A program made the position numbers and the translations under genes. A DNA stretch of 61,867 nt, the filler included, from Streblomastix strix (lineage: Eukaryota), in NCBI GenBank assembly GCA_008636045.1. It is 2 parts of 2 records of this genome, joined end to end, with 100 filler letters (N's around TTAATTAATTAA, not from the genome) between each part and the next. Parts side by side here need not be neighbours in the genome. Positions count along the whole stretch, not along the records: positions 1 to 30,949 come from SNRW01000087.1; positions 31,050 to 61,867 come from SNRW01000088.1. One strand, 5' to 3'. Positions 15,601 to 31,055 of this stretch are shown piece by piece (the first letter of the stretch is position 1; every line of letters starts with the position of its first letter). The notes beneath the pieces were generated by a model. The model saw only the letters and a program-made list of their open reading frames with translations. It ran no database searches and had not been told where the DNA came from.

Positions 15601-17594
15601 TGCAGCAGCTTGAGCAGCAGAAGTTTAATTAAGATCTAACTGTCCAGAAGAGAAAAGATAATCTAAAGTTTGATTAATAGAAATAACAGGTATTGGAGGA
15701 GGTGGAGGTAGTTGTAGTTTAGTTTCAGGTGCATGTTTAATGAATTAATGAATATTTTAATTATTTGAAGTGTATTAATTAATGTGATTTGGAGGAGGAG
15801 GATATAATACTTTGGATTAATACTATTAGGATACATATACAATATTAAGACTTTATTATTCATTTAACGATTATTATTATTTCATTATATCAGAATTATC
15901 TGGCAAAAATTTTTGAATTTTTGGTTTTATTGAATTTGATTAACATTCTTATTTTATTTTTAGCATTAATTAATCTAAATAATAATAATAAAATAAAAAT
16001 AAATGATCTTTTATCTCAATTATATTTAATAAGATTTATTTCATAATAATAAAATAAGATTAAACCTTAATTACAAATGAATTATGAAATATCATTCATT
16101 TTTATTTAATTCATTCCTTATTATTCGAATGAAGAAATGAAAGGATGTTTAAAAACATCTTAACATGTATTCATTACATCAGGATGCGGTGAAAGTAACA
16201 GACTAATGAATTCTAAGCATTGAGGAGAATAAGACTTGAAATGTGGAGACGAAGAATCAATATTTAGAAGAGGAATTAGTTTTCTAATGTTATTATTGTA
16301 TATTATTCATTATATTATAATTCAATAAAAGAATAAATTATTAATAAAGATAATATATGAATGAATTAAAAAAGGATCTTTTAATATACCCTTTTGTAAT
16401 TATCATCATCATTATTATTCCAATAAAGAATATATCAAATTTCTAAAAATAGAATGGATCGTTCTATGCAAATGGAGGCTTTGAATAAAATACAATGAAG
16501 AAGTCAGAGTATTATTATTTTACTAAATAAATAAATAAATTTCTATTATTTCAATACCAATTCAAGATCAAGACTGTAGTTGAATATCAAAACAAATAGA
16601 AAAAAGAAGTATATTAAACAATTATAATTTACAACATTAATGTAAACCATCCTTTGATAGTGTCAACTTCTTCATTAGATAAAGGAAGCGTATATCCATA
16701 ATTTATTAATTTAATTTATACAGTGTTATTTTCTATATTTTGATGAAAAAGAATATTCTCTGAAATAAGCTTTCTAATTCAATATTAAAAAATAATAATA
16801 AAATCCATAAAATCTAAATTCTAATAAAATAAAGATAAAACCCATGAGCTAGTCCTTTTAAATGAAGCTATGAAATACCATTCACTAAAGTAAGAAATAT
16901 AAAACCATTCATTATAATCTAATTAAAAGAATAAAATTCACACAAATTTGAATAGAAATTTATCTCAATAAATTTTCCTGAGGTGGCATAGTCTCAGAAT
17001 ATATTAAGTAACAGAGTGACTAAAAAAATTATAAAAAAGTAAAATAAAAAAACAATTATTATTCAAACCTTCATATTTGCATATTCCATTAATATTACTA
17101 CATCATTTGTAGTTTCAAGCAGTTATTCATATTTTATGAGATAATGATTTGACCTTAAAAAGAATAAAGATAAGAATGTATCAAAATCAAATAACAGAAA
17201 AAAAATAAATCAAACTTTCCTTCTTCAAATGTTCTCTCCCAGCCATCTCTATCAAATTTATACATTGTTACAAGCTTGGCCACACACTCTTCCTTCTTTT
17301 CTGTTCTAACCAGATATACTCTTCAATAATAAAGAAAAAAAAATCAAAAAATATACAAAATTATGTAAATACCTACTAGTGTCTTCTCCTGCTTAAATAT
17401 CATAATAGATGATTATCAATATAAAATATTAAGTATAATGTATAAATGCTGAAATAAATACCCAATTTTTGTAAAATCTAATAAGAAAAAGTTTAATTAA
17501 AAAAATTAAGTGAAAAAATTATGAATATTGAATAAACCTTTAAGTTGATTTGAGAAAACTCTTATAAATCTTACGATCTTGTATCAATTTCCAT
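12649..17594 (-). CDS. Protein kinase-like protein (probable pseudokinase) with long low-complexity tail and small Cys/His clusters
   Basis: Multi-exon N-terminal kinase fold: VYLVR...CVAKLV, ILMEYAN, AHGKLISENIL, IKLINYG. The long last exon contains CEVC...HCRQH and a terminal CPHC...H...C. TGA at 12649-12651. Confidence 0.7.
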
Positions 17595-18146
17595 TTCCTT
17601 ATACAAAAAATAAACGTGAAATCAAAAATTTATTTTTGAAAAAATAAAATAATATAAATATTAATTAACAAATACTTCTAAACAGCAAAAATAAATTTAT
17701 ATCTTCATTAAATATATTTAGTTACGATGTACGGAATAATTAAATGAATAATAAAAGAAATAAATGAATTATTATTATAGAAATATATGTTGATTAAGAT
17801 TATAATTGTTAGATCGGGTTAAAAAATACATTGTGCAGAAAATTTCTGAGCATTCGTTTTTTGCCCCGCTTTTGTTTAAAAATTAGAATAAATCAAGAAT
17901 TTGAATGTAAATATGGTAGTAAGCAATTTGAAAGAATTTCAAATGGAATATTATCAGGCGCGTACTAATTGCTGGTATAATTAATTTTTATAGTTCTAAT
18001 GGAAATGAATAGCCACTAAGAATGTGAATTTTAAACGATCAACTATTATTCATGTGTAATTATGATTACAATAAATTATTATGTAAAAGAATAAGATGCT
18101 CCAACTAATAATTTGTTTTATTATCAAACAATTTTCCTTTTCGATA

Positions 18147-19748
<1,602 letters not shown>

Positions 19749-20670
19749 GTCTATATACGTATTAGTAATAATTAAAACATGAAAAATTAAGAGCAAAACA
19801 AAATAATTCTCCGCGAAAAAGAAGATAAGGTTGAAGATATAGATACGGCCTATATATTATTGAAAGTACATGCAAAACATATATGATTATAAGATAAAGA
19901 TTACTCTTTCAGTTTTGGGGTGTGAAGGCTCGAAAAATTTTGTTTTGTTGTATTAGTAGTTTGTAGTGATTTAAATAAATGATGAAATAAAAAAAATAAT
20001 TTAGATTAAATGAATAAATAACAATATTGTGAAAAACACTTTAATTCATTTCACCAACCGTCTCGGACAGTCAATTATTGGGAAATGCCCTAAACATAAA
20101 CAATTTTTTAAGTTATTGTAATAATAACAATTAAATAAAATTTTATTAAAAAATATAATATTATAATCAATATTAGCTGACAATAGAAATTTCAAAAATA
20201 TGATCAAATCCATACACCTGCGCAACTTTGCACTGGCTGGTATGATTAATCGTTATTAATCTGAATATACCCAATAAATTGTTCACATAATATGTGTTGA
20301 TGACATAGCGTATTCATATATCAAATTTATGATACAAAAGTTAAAATATCCATTTTTGCTCTACGCTCTATAATATCACAAATATGCATACTTAATAATA
20401 AAAAATTATAATTATAATTAAAATATTTGATTTTTGAAAGGATTAGTTAATAAATAAATATATAAATCAAATATTTTTGCTTAAATAAAACATTTTAAAT
20501 TTTAAAGATTGCAATATTCCTTACCCAATCACTAGTCTTAAAGTACACTTTTAAAATTGAATTGTAAATATATCTAACTATACATTTATCTTATCTTTTC
20601 TTATATTGTCTTATCTATCTTATCTTATCTTATCATATTATCTGTTACTTTATTTTATTAGTTAATATTA

Positions 20671-23600
20671 ATGTGTTAACCTAACATAATTTCTATTGAG
20701 AAACTGAATAGCTTGTTTTTGGCATTAAATGTTTGCGTACTATCTATTAATTAAATATTTAAATCAAATATTTAGCTCACAAAAGTTAGTGTTGATACGC
20801 TCATTGAATGGGGCATTTTAAGAGAACGAACTTAAGAGTTGAATTAAGAACAAATAAATAGTCTTCTTCTCTTTCCGCGATTTCATCTTGAAAATGATCT
20901 TGCATAAACTGGAATAAACAAAAGAACATCTACACATAATGTGAAGGCTTTAAGAATTGCGCTCTAAATGTACTTAAATAAATAGTTTAGGTATAGAAAC
21001 ATTTATTTTGTTTTTTATAAGTTATTTATTCATAAATCTAACAGCATCTTACAAATTGGAAGGAGTGTAAGAGTTTTTAGTATTTATGAAGAAGCTGATG
21101 GATTAGATATTTCCAATCTTAATCTTCTAAATATATGCCTTGAGGTCTGATTATATTTTTTGATATTTATTTCAAATTCAATAATTTTAATATTTTTAAA
21201 TTATTCATTTTCTATATATTCATATCATATTAAATAGAAAAGTAAAATAATATTATCACCAAAAAGATTAGATCAATATTTGCATGATATACAACCTCTT
21301 GATGTTCCAAATAGGCTACCTTTATATAGCTATTTGGAAATAATTCAAATGGGAGTTGATAGACCTGATTTCTAGGAGAATTCTAAGATATTCTGGGGTA
21401 CTACTCTTATCAAGAGTTTACCATAGGCAATCAGTTATCTCGATTTTGAATATAATAAAGAATTGGCTCAAATGAAAAAAAAGAAAGTTATTCCAAATAT
21501 AAAAAGTATATTATTGAAACCAGTAATAGTAAGTAAAGATAGTAATATTCCAGATCCTATATCTGAATTAGAATAAAGAATATTTAAAGTTGAGAATGAA
21601 AGTGCCTAATAAGAATAAATAAAATAAAGTTCATCAAAAATAAATAATTCTGTATCATCAGAAAATGAAGACAATAGAAATACAATGTCGCCAAAACTTG
21701 AAGGATAATTAAAAGAACTGAGAACAGGAATTGCAGTTGAATTTGAATCATAGAGATAAGAAGATTAAATAAGCGAAGAATAGGATATTGAATAGATTTA
21801 AGAAGTTTAATAAGAATAAGAGAAAATAAATATAAATCAGGATAGAGAAGATAATTAAACTGCAAATGAACAAGATAACAATTAGAATGCTAATTAATTA
21901 TTAATAAATGATAAATTACATTAGTAATAGTAATAATAAAAGAAATATCGATCTCCAGGATTGTAAGAATCAAGAATGAGAAGAATAATTGAAGAAAATT
22001 CAGAGAAATAAATAAAATTTAGTAATGAAACACTGAATAGATTATATCCATTGCCTAGAATACCTAAGAAATACGTCAAGTCTCCAGAACACAGTAGAGT
22101 ATTTTATGTTTATGCTGATCCAAATGTAACATATGCACTCCCACGTTCTGTTGAAGAAATTGACAGGTATATTCAAAATTTTATTTTTAATGTATTTTTT
22201 ATATGACTTGCTGTATTAATTTTACATTATTAATCAAACTAATTTACATTATTAATCAAACTAATTTACATTATTAATCAAACTAATTTACATTATTAAT
22301 CAAACTAATTTACATTATTAATTTATGTCATTTTATATCATTAAAGAGAATAAAAGGCGTGCTACTAACCGAATCCTCTTTTCCTGCACGATTTTAAGTN
22401 NNNNNNNNNNNNNNNNNNNNNNNNNNNNNNNNNNNNNNNNNNNNNNNNNNNNNNNNNNNNNNNNNNNNNNNNNNNNNNNNNNNNNNNNNNNNNNNNNNNA
22501 TTAATCAAACTAATTTACATTATTAATCAAACTAATTTACATTATTAATTTATGTCATTTTATATCATTAAAGAGAATAAAAGGCGTGCTACTAACCGAA
22601 TCCTCTTTTCCTGCACGATTTTAAGTTCCCTATCGATATTCCATTTCTCCCTTAAGAATTTGAAATGAAGAGTATTTTAAGATAACCAGATGATTTTTAA
22701 CGAATAATCAGTGAAAGAAAAATGAAAGAACAATTATTATAAAGAGAATTTGAACTTTAATTGAAATATGCAAAAGAGAAGAAATAAGCAAAGAGATTGG
22801 CAGAGAAATAGAATCCTAGAAATAACAATGATAATAAAAATATGAATTAAGATTAATAGTTAGAAAAAGAAAACAATAATAATTTACTAAATAAGAGTGG
22901 AGAAATATCAGAAGAAGATTTTGAAGAAGATGAAGAAGATGAAGAAGAAGCATTAATTCGCAATGCATTCAATTATGCAACTGATTAAGAAGGTCGTATA
23001 CATTCTCTTCCGAGAGTCTTTGAAAATATTTCATCTGATCAAGCAACATCTTCATCTGCTAATCCCGTTCCAATTCATTAAATAAAAAGAGAATTCTATA
23101 AAGTTAAATCACCTCCTCATTCTAATAAATTCAAAAAACTCCATTGGAATTAGCTGAAAGAATCAAAATTCATATATACTGATGAATTAGATATGCTTTT
23201 GAGAGAAGAAGGAAATGAACCAGATAAAGAATGGAGAGAAAACAAGAAGAGAACGAGAATAGAAAGATTATCTATTCCAATTCATGATAGAAGTATTATT
23301 CCAAAGAAATTAAATGAAATAAATGCAAAAATAAATTAAAAGACACAAAGTAGAAACATAAAATTAAGTGGAAATAAAGAAGATGAAAGTTTCAATCCAT
23401 TAGCTGTTAGTGCTGATGAAGTATTAAAGAAGTTCAAACCATAAAAATAATAAATTGAAGTTTATCAGTAATTAGGAAAGGCATTGAAATTAAAGTAATT
23501 GGATCCAAAGGCAGTAGCTGAAAGATCAAATACAGAATATATATTTTATAAGGAAAATAAAGAAAACAAAGGTGAAAAATAGCTTGATTTGTCATAGTAT

Positions 23601-25676
23601 TCAAAAGTTCCATATGAATCACTATCCATGGGATGGAAACCATCTCCAAATTAACTATAAATTAGTATCAAGCTTTTTGAAGATAAGATGAATGAAAATA
23701 AAGGATAATAAATAAAAATCAAATAAATGGAGAAGAAGCGTAAAGAAGGAAGAATTTAAGAGATAGTATAAAAAGATGGATCAATAAATGGGATTGAATC
23801 TGATGATGAATTTAATTATGGATCACAAAGTACAAAAGTTAATGTTGCTCCAACTCTGCTGTTTATGATTCCTCATGCATTCATACAAGAAGATGAAGAT
23901 GAAACTAATGGATAATAATAACAATAATAATTTACTAATGGAAAATAAAGTGAATATACTGAAGTAGATTCACCTTCTGAAAGAGCTAAAATAAGAAAGC
24001 AATAAGAAAAATAATAAGAGAAGATGAAAAATAATAAACTTAATTATTCATAATTATCAGATGAATAGAAAAGTACAATAGTATAATAAACGTACTATTT
24101 GTAAAAACAGTTAACCATGGAACATGCAAAAGAAGAAGATATAAAATGCAAATAGCGAATGGATGAAGTTCTAAAAGAAAAATCAAGAAAAGAAAAGAAT
24201 AAAATAAAATAATAACATATTTCTTAGGAGTAATGTTTAACATCAGGAGACGAAAATGAAGAAGAATTTGAAGTGGAATTGAATTAAACAACAAATTTAG
24301 GTATTACTACTAAGAAAGAATTATATGAAAAGAAGAACAAAGAAAGATAAGAAAGACTTAAGAAGAAAAAAGAATTTGCAGAAAGTTTAAGAATTAAAAA
24401 TAAACAAAAAAATAAAAATTTGAATTATGCAGAATAATAAAATAAATATAGATAATAATAAAGTAAGTAGGATGAATAATAATAATATTATTAATAAACT
24501 GATATTGAATAATAATAAACATATAATCAATAGGAATAATAATAATAATAAAAAGAAAAAGAATTATGTTAAATTCTCCCAATAATTGAATAAGAAATAC
24601 CTGTGAACATAGAAAATGAAAATGAAAATGAAAGAATTGAAATTGTGCAATCTTAAGTTAGTAATTAAAATACTTATCAAGAAGAGAAGGATAAATAAGA
24701 AAATGAGACTGATAAATAATAAAGCTAAGAATTATAAGATATAAATATTGAAATTGAAAATGAGGAAAACGAGTAATAATTATCTGAAACAGGAAGATTC
24801 AATTCATTTTATTATAATTAAATGATGCATCGTGTAAAGAATCAAAAATTACTTAGTCTAAAAAGCAAGAAAGAAATAATGTTTTTTATTAATGAAGATG
24901 AAAGTAATACTGAGCGTATTTACCCTCCTAATATAATTGATCAAATGGGTTAATTAGATGAAGAAAGACTTAAAAGAATGAGTTGGGCTACAGAACCAGG
25001 TGCATCTTCATCTCTTCCTCATTTATACTCATCTTAAATGACATCCAGACACATCAACAATTAAGATAAACTAAATTAGGAGAATTATTTCCAAGAATAA
25101 AAAAGAATTAATTCAAATTCAGGATCTCCAATTGAAAGGAAATAATCAGCAATTAATTCATCATAATTGTAAGTGAACCAATCAATTCCTGTTTCACAAA
25201 GATCAGATGCTGGTGAATTCCTTTCGTTACGTAATGGTGTTTAAAGAGGAAAAGAAAAAGAGATTAAACAATGGAATTCTTATGAAGATAATGTTGAAAT
25301 AAATAGCGAGAATAAGAAATCTAGAAATATTCTTGATTCTTTAGATTAGGATAATGGAATCTTAGGGAATGGCAATAATAAATTCAAAATTATGCATTTG
25401 CGCGGTATATACCAAACTGAAAGCATTGAGGACAACACAGAGAGATAATCAGCATAGAAATTAAAAGAAACCAGTAAAATCAATGAAAAGGATCTCAAAA
25501 ATAAACGACTTCCAAGCCTACACACACCTGGATAACATCAATCACAGAATCACTAAAACAGGACAGAATCTCAGCTTCAAAAGAGCCTTTCTTCTACACG
25601 CACACTCTCGATCCGAGGTTCGGCACAGCTTCCTTCAGGTCATTCGGGCTATCGTGCTGCTGTCAATAAAACATGA
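20671..25676 (+). CDS. Large hypothetical protein, Q/E/N-rich, intron-containing, spans an assembly gap
   Basis: Long TGA-free frames with TAR=Gln and GT-AG introns near 20990, 21145 and 22167. Ends GYRAAVNKT-TGA at 25674-25676. Start uncertain. Confidence 0.6.
22219..22322. repeat. Intronic 22-bp minisatellite (AATTTACATTATTAATCAAACT)n
   Basis: About 4.5 exact tandem copies; partly repeated again after the gap. Confidence 0.9.
22400..22499. other. Assembly gap with overlapping (duplicated) flanks
   Basis: 100 N; the sequence just before the gap is repeated at ~22500-22627. Confidence 0.9.
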
Positions 25677-25958
25677 ATTTTCAAACTGTAAATATAAAGT
25701 TCTATTTAACTATTATCAATTCTAAAATATTTTATTTTTACTTGAAATTTGTACATTGAAAGCACGTAAAATTGTTTTTTACTTGCGGAATAATCATTTC
25801 AAATCAAATATAACTGAAGAGCATATGAATTTGCTTAATTATTTCAATAAAATTAAATTTATTTATTTTACTTGGCTATTTTGGTAATTTCAATTTTATA
25901 TTATTTTATTAATCTTTTTATATTTAATTATATAGATTATTGCATAATATTATAAAAT

Positions 25959-26685
25959 ATGGCAATAGTGCGCAATTTATCAAACAAAAGATTCATTTTC
26001 CCTAAATCATCATTTGAATAAACGCCACTCAATTACGCTGATCTGAATAACTGTGAAATTTATATAATTCATGAAACAGGTTTGTATATACTATAAATAT
26101 TTATTATTAATGTAAAATAGAATTGTTGTATATACTTTAGATCAACTAATTTTCAGAAGACTCTTAAACTGTAAAATTTTTGCGACATCAATATAAGGTA
26201 TGATTATGATTGATAGATGCTCAAAGTGCGAATTTCATTTCATTGCCTCTTAAGTATGAAGATTCACTTTTATTTATTTATTTTTTACATTTTTATATTC
26301 AATATTCTAGACAAGGATAAAAAGTTCTGATACATGTGTTTTTTTCGCACATTCATACCAATAACCAGTCCTTGAAGGCACAAAAAAGGACTTATTTTAT
26401 GCAAAATATTTTGCTTGGCATTCATCAATTGAAACACAGATTCCAGACGAGAAGAAATCGAAGCTTAACGAAGCATATACAGGAGCAAAATTAAAAGGAA
26501 CCGAAGGTGCGCCAACTCATTGGATGGCTGTACCAGATGATTGGATTGAGGAAGGTAAATTTTATTTGGTGCCTGGGTGTATTGAAAAATTGACATTAGC
26601 ATCATCTGCAACATAAGAAGATTTACCATCCAATGAAAGCTTGGGATTCTTTGTAGCAAAAATTTTATCTTTCACTTAATAATGA
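25959..26685 (+). CDS. Tubulin-binding cofactor C (TBCC)/RP2-like beta-helix domain protein
   Basis: Spliced (2 introns) translation LNNCEIYI...LNCKIFATSIQGMIMIDRCSKCEFHFIASQTRIKSSDTCVFFAHSYQQPVLEGT matches the TBCC/RP2 pattern, including Q-x-R and QPxxE. TGA at 26683-26685. Confidence 0.75.
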
Positions 26686-26763
26686 ATAACCATAATACAA
26701 ATTAAATTTATAGAAAAATATTATTGTTATTGTTATTTTGTTGCCAATTATATTTTGGTTGAC

Positions 26764-26942
26764 ATCACAGAATCACTAAAACAGGACAGAATCTCAGCTT
26801 CAAAAGAGCCTTTCTTCTACACGCACACTCTCGATCCGAGGTTCGGCACAGCTTCCTTCAGGTCATTCGGGCTATCGTGCTGCTGTCAATAAAACATGAA
26901 TTTTCAAACTGTAAATATAAAGTTCTATTTAACTATTATCAA
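26764..26942 (+). repeat. ~179-bp direct duplicate of 25541-25719 (3' end of the upstream gene)
   Basis: ATCACAGAATCACTAAAACAGG...TAACTATTATCAA appears at both positions with no difference seen by eye. Confidence 0.92.
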
Positions 26943-27596
26943 CTCCAAAGGAATGTGCATAATTCATAAGATAAAACTATTGCTGTTTTCTATGTTATTT
27001 CTCATGTTTTTTAGTATAATTTTATAACTATATTAATAATCCTATTATCTTTCCCAAATTTAAGCCGAATATTATTCTCTATGAGCGAATGCAGTTTTTT
27101 TGACAAAATAGCATTTTTCACATTAACTCAATTGAAATTCACCAATTTTTTATTAATATATTCAAAATAAATATATATTGCTAAGTTTTGAATATATGCC
27201 TACATTAAAATTCTCCACAACAATGTGCAACATTAAAAAATATTTTTTTTTAACTTTGATTCATTCTAGCACAGCGTTACTAAATTCCTCTGCTCATAAT
27301 TACTCAAAACTTTACATTTCTCATATATACTTTACTGTGAATCTGAGTTTGAAGCTTCCATAGCTCCTCTACTCTCCACTTGGGCAGCCAAATATGATGT
27401 TCCTAATAATAACTTCATCAGTAATCAATGATTAATGACTGCCCTTTATTAAATGAAACTTTTTAGTTATATTATACCAAATTGCACTCATTGAATCACA
27501 ATCATATACTAAAACTACTAATAATGATCTTTCTCAAAAAAAATATCAATTCTGAGACATATTTCACATTTTTAATTTTGTTTAATTTTTTAGAAA

Positions 27597-30245
27597 ATGG
27601 AAGAAGAATCAGAATTATTTCCACCTGAACTGAATTTTGCAAATATTGTCATTGTTGGTGGGCTTCCTTTTGTAGAAGAAAAAAAAAGATCAACGTTCTT
27701 GAAATATCTTGAAGGAGTCTCTAAAAGAAAGATTGATCCAAATTCAGCAACTTTTTAGCCAACAGAAGACAAAAAGTAAATGTATGTGAAAATACTTCAT
27801 TGACTCGAAACTTTAATTTATTGTATTTGTAGGATCTTGTTTGTAGTGCAGGAATCAGAAGAAGAAGCAAAATAACTCGCAATTAGTCTCGATGTAACAT
27901 ACAAGAACTACAAATTTACAGCTACAAGACTTTCAGACTTTTTTGAAGTTGAGGGGGTGCCTGACACATATACTGAGCCTGAAGTACCTCCATTTCAGGA
28001 AAAAGTTTGTTTATTATATATATACCAATTTATATACTAATACATATTTTTTTAAATTATATAGAAAGATTTGTATTCATGGATGCTTGATAAATAAGCT
28101 AGAAGTTAATATCTTCTTTATAGAACTAGTAGTGTTAAATGCCAATTTTTTGATCCATTGCGAGGAGTTGAAACTATTTTTGAAGAAGTTTGAACCTCTT
28201 ATATATACTATAATTATTAATATATATGATATACAGATTGGAGAGTCCAGGCCAATGTGGTCACCAAATGGAACTTTTCTTGCATCACACCACGCTCAGG
28301 GTGTCCTTGTTAGAGGAGGTCCACATTTAGATAGTTTAATTCATGTTCCACATCCAAATGTGCAATTCTTCGTATTTGGATATTTAGAAGCACACATGCT
28401 CACATATTCATATGTATGGAATTTCATTCATTAACTTGGTTGATCTTCTATTTTTCATTTTAGACTAATTTTCTAAATGGAATTCGTGTAGGAAGACCTC
28501 GTGTATGGCGTATTGATCCTTTGGAGAGCTTTGAAGTACCTTTGGATATTGATATGAAAGCGCATCCATTGCATTGGTCAAGCGATGAGAATTGGTTTGC
28601 ATATCATGATATAGATACTCTGCGTTTGATGTAGTTACCTAGTATGGAATAGCATTAGATCATTGTTCCAAACTTATAACCAACAATGTGTTGGTCACCA
28701 AATAAACCATTCCTTGCTATTTGGGCAATTGGAAAATAAGAAACAATTGAAAAAAAGAAATAATAAGGAAAGAACACTGGAAAAGAACAAATTGATGTAG
28801 AAGATGAAGAAGAGAAAGAATATACAACTATTTATCATTCCCCATCGTAATTGAGAATTCTAAATGTAAAGAAATTGTAATTTGAAGCAGTTAAAACAGC
28901 TTTTGATGCCGTAGAGGTCTATTTCTCGTGGTCTTTGAATAGTGAATTTCTCATTGCAATATGTTCAAATTAAGTTCGTAAAACAAAAGTTGGATGTACA
29001 TTGGAACTCTTTCGTGTAAGTGAAAAAGACATTCCAGTTGATACACTTGTTATAAAAGAAGATATTATTAACTTCAGATGGGAGGTATTATTATTTAAAT
29101 TTAATTCATAATATCTTATTTTTATATAATTTAATTTTTTTTATCAATTTATTTATATTCAGCCGATTAATTGTCATTTTGCATTACTTTAAGGTGAATC
29201 TAGACGCCCAACTCCAGTGATTTATTCGACAAAAAAATCTGGAAAGATAGAAATGCTGTGTAAATTAGAATCAAGACCGTGTAATAATCTCTTTTGGGCT
29301 CCAAGTGGAGATTACTTAGTAATCGCTTAGTTAAGTGGAAGTGGTAATTTTTGGGGGACAGGAATTGGATAAAGTGGAATGGCTGGTTTAGGAACAATTG
29401 AGATTTATTCAGCTTAGTTAAAAAGACGAATTGCAAGTTTCATTCATCCTCTTGCATCCAGTATAATGTGGGATCCTACAGGAAGGTATCTTGCAGTTGC
29501 TGTTGAAGGTTCAAAAGATACTGCAGGTTTCTCTGTATATAATGCCAGAGGTGACATTGTATATGAATCTGGATTACTTCCTGGTCTGGCTCGTTTCATG
29601 TGGAGACCAAATGCACCGTTGGTTTTAAGCAAAGAAGAATAAGTCAAAATTGAAAAAGACTTAAATGTATATTCAGAAAGATTTGAGAAGGAAGATGAAG
29701 CATTTTAATAGTCAGCAGAAGAATCGAGACTTGAAGAACTTGATTAAAAGAGGTTTTCATTTATTGAGTGGAGAAAAACATCAAAAAATTAAACAGAAGA
29801 AGAAAGATCTTCATTGTTTAAATTGAGTCATTAAAATAGATCATTAAAAGGATCTCATGAAATTGTATGGGTAACCACAGATGAAGAAGTGCTTGTTGAA
29901 ATTGGAAGAGAAGAAACGTTAGAGAATTTAGATGGAACAGTTATAACCTCATTACCATCTCCTGCTCCTTCACCATTCTAAACTACATCAATACAATAGG
30001 TATAATCTTCATCCCAATCTACATCAATATAATAGATATAATAGGAAGAAGTATCCATTCAACCTCAACAACCTGTTAATAAAGTTACAAAAGGGAAATT
30101 CACAATTGATTTAGAAGGTGTGAAACCAAAAACTAACAAGCAATCAATATTCGGAGAAGCTGTTCCAGTAAATACAGGTTAAGAAGGTGGAAGTGTTGAT
30201 GTTAAAGGACTATCAAAAGAGAGTGATAATCGTGGATGGTTTTGA
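27597..30245 (+). CDS. EIF3B: Translation initiation factor eIF3 subunit b (Prt1)
   Basis: N-terminal RRM FANIVIVGGLPFVEE, then DLYSWMLD, WSPNGTFLASHHAQGV, ELFRVSEKDIPVD, FWAPSGDYLV, WDPTGRYL, FMWRP, KIEKDLNVYSERFEKED. TGA at 30243-30245. Confidence 0.9.
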
Positions 30246-30949
30246 ATATTGTGAGTTAATATACTTGAGGTTATTATTGTTCACATTTAAAATAATTATA
30301 TAATTATGATCAAATAAATATATGAGTTGATTTATTACCATTTGTATTTGCCAGTAAACATCTTCATAGTTTTGCATTAACATTAGGCAAATTATTAAAT
30401 CCATTTTTTTCATAAATTGCAATCGTTTAAAGAGTCATATACTAAATTGTGCACTTTTACTAACCTTCAATTTTCAGCACCCACTTCAATAACAAAATCT
30501 TACTTCAATCGCACTCTCATTACAAATATATAGTTTTAGTTATATTAATTTAATTGACACTAATTTCATTACTAAAAAACCAGAATTCCGGTATGGACAT
30601 AAATTTGCGTATAGTGTTAATGAATATATCCATTGTAGATAACTATTGATATCTATAATATCATCTAAACAATATACATTACATTTAACTAAAAATAATT
30701 TCAGATTCAACAGATTAACACATTTTTTTTCAAATTTAACACAATAGTTATTTATATTATATTTTTTTATTTGTATTATAGTTACTTACTAAAAAAACTG
30801 TTTATTTTAATTACACTGGTATTAGTAGTATATCATGAATAAGTTTGTTCATTCTTGTTAATAAACTTATTTTAGTTTTGAGAAATAGCCAATTATTTAT
30901 TAATCTTTTCCAATTATTATATTCATTAGAGATGGAGCTGATATACTTC

Positions 30950-31049
30950 NNNNNNNNNNNNNNNNNNNNNNNNNNNNNNNNNNNNNNNNNNNNTTAATTA
31001 ATTAANNNNNNNNNNNNNNNNNNNNNNNNNNNNNNNNNNNNNNNNNNNN
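30950..31049. other. Artificial contig junction (N-run with TTAATTAATTAA linker)
   Basis: Ns flank a palindromic 12-mer at 30994-31005 that gives TAA in all six frames, a typical concatenation spacer. Confidence 0.9.
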
Positions 31050-31055
31050 AATATA

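Noticed and set aside
20585..20650. (TTATC)n tract
   Set aside because: Ordinary degenerate microsatellite in an AT-rich intergenic region.
22280..22627. Apparent exon duplication around the gap
   Set aside because: Overlapping contig ends at a minisatellite; most likely a scaffolding artefact.
27130..27420. Possible small minus-strand ORF upstream of eIF3b
   Set aside because: No recognisable motif; TGA-free stretches of this length arise easily with a single stop codon.
30994..31005. Palindrome TTAATTAATTAA inside Ns
   Set aside because: Artificial contig linker. It also means adjacency of the left and right halves of the window is not established.
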